Source: Mobula hypostoma (Eukaryota). Taken from it: a DNA stretch of 64,000 bases. The stretch covers positions 208,756,001 to 208,820,000 of the forward strand of contig NC_086097.1 in assembly GCF_963921235.1 (NCBI RefSeq), in the 5' to 3' direction. Position numbers and translations under genes: made by a program. How positions within the stretch are numbered: position 1 is the first letter of the stretch; every line of letters starts with the position of its first letter. Shown piece by piece: positions 62,503 through 64,000 of the stretch. The notes below the pieces were generated by a model. That model was not told the DNA's origin, searched no databases, and saw only the letters and a program-made list of their open reading frames with translations.

Positions 62503-64000
62503 GCAAGTCTTGACCACACAAAGATGGACCCAGCAGAGAGCAAGCAGCTGACCATGGCCCTGAGATTCACTGGTCAGATAGGGGTTAAGCTACAGGCAAT
62601 TGAATCTGCTCTGGGTTTGTTGTTTTGTATGGGATGGCCCAGGATGGGCAGACGTGATCAAACTTGTATCAATCTTCATCTGGCATCTTATCTCTTTTGG
62701 GTGAAGTTACTGAAGCAATGAGGCAGATAATCTCATGCGGACAAGCCCAGTCTCATCTAGAGGAACAGGGAGCATCTCTTGCAGCAACTGTTCAGTATCT
62801 TACTGCACACAATTGGATTCAGGTGTCTGAGTTTTACTCATGGCTGCTGCCCACAATAGGAGTCAGCTGACTCCCATTAGCATTCTTGCCAATGCAAACT
62901 CGGCAGCCACTGGCTGTCCAACTCCCAGTATCTCTCAGGGGCTTCTTTTCTGCTGCCCCAACAACCTTTGCCACTACTGCTCCCACTCCTGTGCCTGGTC
63001 CAGAACTGACACCTGTTTTCGGACCATGATTGACTCCTGCGTTTGTACAAGAACCCAAGTATTCCACCACCGGGCAGATGCTCTGGTGATCCCGAGGGCT
63101 GCAGGAATTTTATTACCCCATGCGAGCTGCCGTTCCAAGTCCTGCCTAGTTGTTTTGGTGATGATGTGTGTAAACTGGTGTACATGGCCAATCTCCCAGA
63201 TGGACCTCCATTCAACCTATTCATCGTTTTACTGGAGTAAGGATAACCCTCAGCCCAGTCCTTCTGATATTTTGTTAGAGTTAAGGAGGGTTTTTAAACT
63301 TCCAGTATGGGCTCGGGTGGTTGCTCACCGACTCCTGGACCTGTGCCAAGGCAGAGGGACAGTAAGGGCCCATGCAGTCAAATTCCACATGCTTGCAGTA
63401 GATATGGGATGGAATGAAGGATCTCTCATCACTGCCTTCCAGCATAGACTGAACGCAGGGGTCCAGCTCAAGATCGGTGTCTGGGATGAGCAGAATAGTC
63501 TGGATGATCTGATTAATCTGGCTATTCGTGTTGGAGACCGGGAAACTGAGTGGTGCAGGGAAAGAATGCTTCAAACTTCCTCCCTGCTGTCTGATCACCA
63601 TCTTTCCTCACCCTCTCCATCATCACCCACCACCCAGTCCATGGAGGAGCCTATGCAAATGGGGTGCATGTGCCAGTCTCAGGAGGAAGGAGAGCAGCAC
63701 AGGAGAACAGGTTTCTGCCTCTATTGAATTGATCTAGGACGTTTCTGGGTGGCATATCTCAAGTACCCAGTCAAAGAGGATATCTGTTAGCAGGGAGGGG
63801 AATCCTGACAGACTGGCTCTCTTTGGTCAGCTTCCCCTAGTTGTGTAATGTTCACAGCTTCCTTGTTGTGGTGGGGTGGGGACTCAAACCCATGAACTTA
63901 AAGCATTTATTGACTCGGGTGCAGCTGAGTATCCCATGGACGTTTCTCCAGCTCAAATGATGGGAAGTTCCAACTCAGGAATTAGGAGAAAAGAGCGACA
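62126..64000 (+). mobile_element. Second sushi/Tf1-type Gypsy element: 5' LTR, gag, protease; runs off the window
   Basis: Gag MDPAES at 62524; PGRCSGDPEGCRNFITPCEL; LLDLCQGRGTVRAHAVKFHMLA; EEPMQMG; degenerate zinc knuckle; protease LKAFIDSGAAE at about 63898-63930. Confidence 0.85.

Noticed and set aside
62840..63727. Longest ORF (295 aa) as a domesticated PEG10/RTL-like gene
   Set aside because: Only its C-terminal half is gag; the DUF4939-like part is in another frame (63043-63240), the zinc knuckle is broken by a stop, and an LTR and PBS are still attached. It is a decayed retrotransposon.

Overview
Eukaryotic, repeat-dense intronic or intergenic DNA. The repeat families suggest a vertebrate, probably a cartilaginous fish such as a ray (inference). 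I found no intact host gene, rRNA, tRNA or CRISPR array, and nearly every ORF in the supplied track is a fragment or antisense shadow of a decayed transposable element. Most of the window is mobile DNA: about 15 CR1-clade LINE copies (one full-length, one young), several Rex1/Babar-type LINEs, a Hero-type REL-endonuclease LINE 3' end, Penelope-like termini, a V-SINE, an L1-like tail, Tc1, pogo/Tigger and Chapaev3 DNA transposons, and Gypsy LTR elements including a solo LTR. Many are nested. Five observations stand out. (1) All conserved hammerhead-ribozyme core nucleotides and three helices occur in a non-canonical, permuted order in the Hero 3' UTR (32910-32982). (2) Two different sushi/Tf1-type LTR elements each have an 11-nt primer-binding site complementary to their own predicted transcript start, a self-priming signature. 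(3) The Penelope termini carry decayed minimal hammerheads. (4) Two different Rex1-type LINEs are fused head-to-head inside one candidate TSD. (5) A 10.5-kb nested insertion stack spans 33925-44498. All coordinates were read by eye; boundaries of old elements are approximate.
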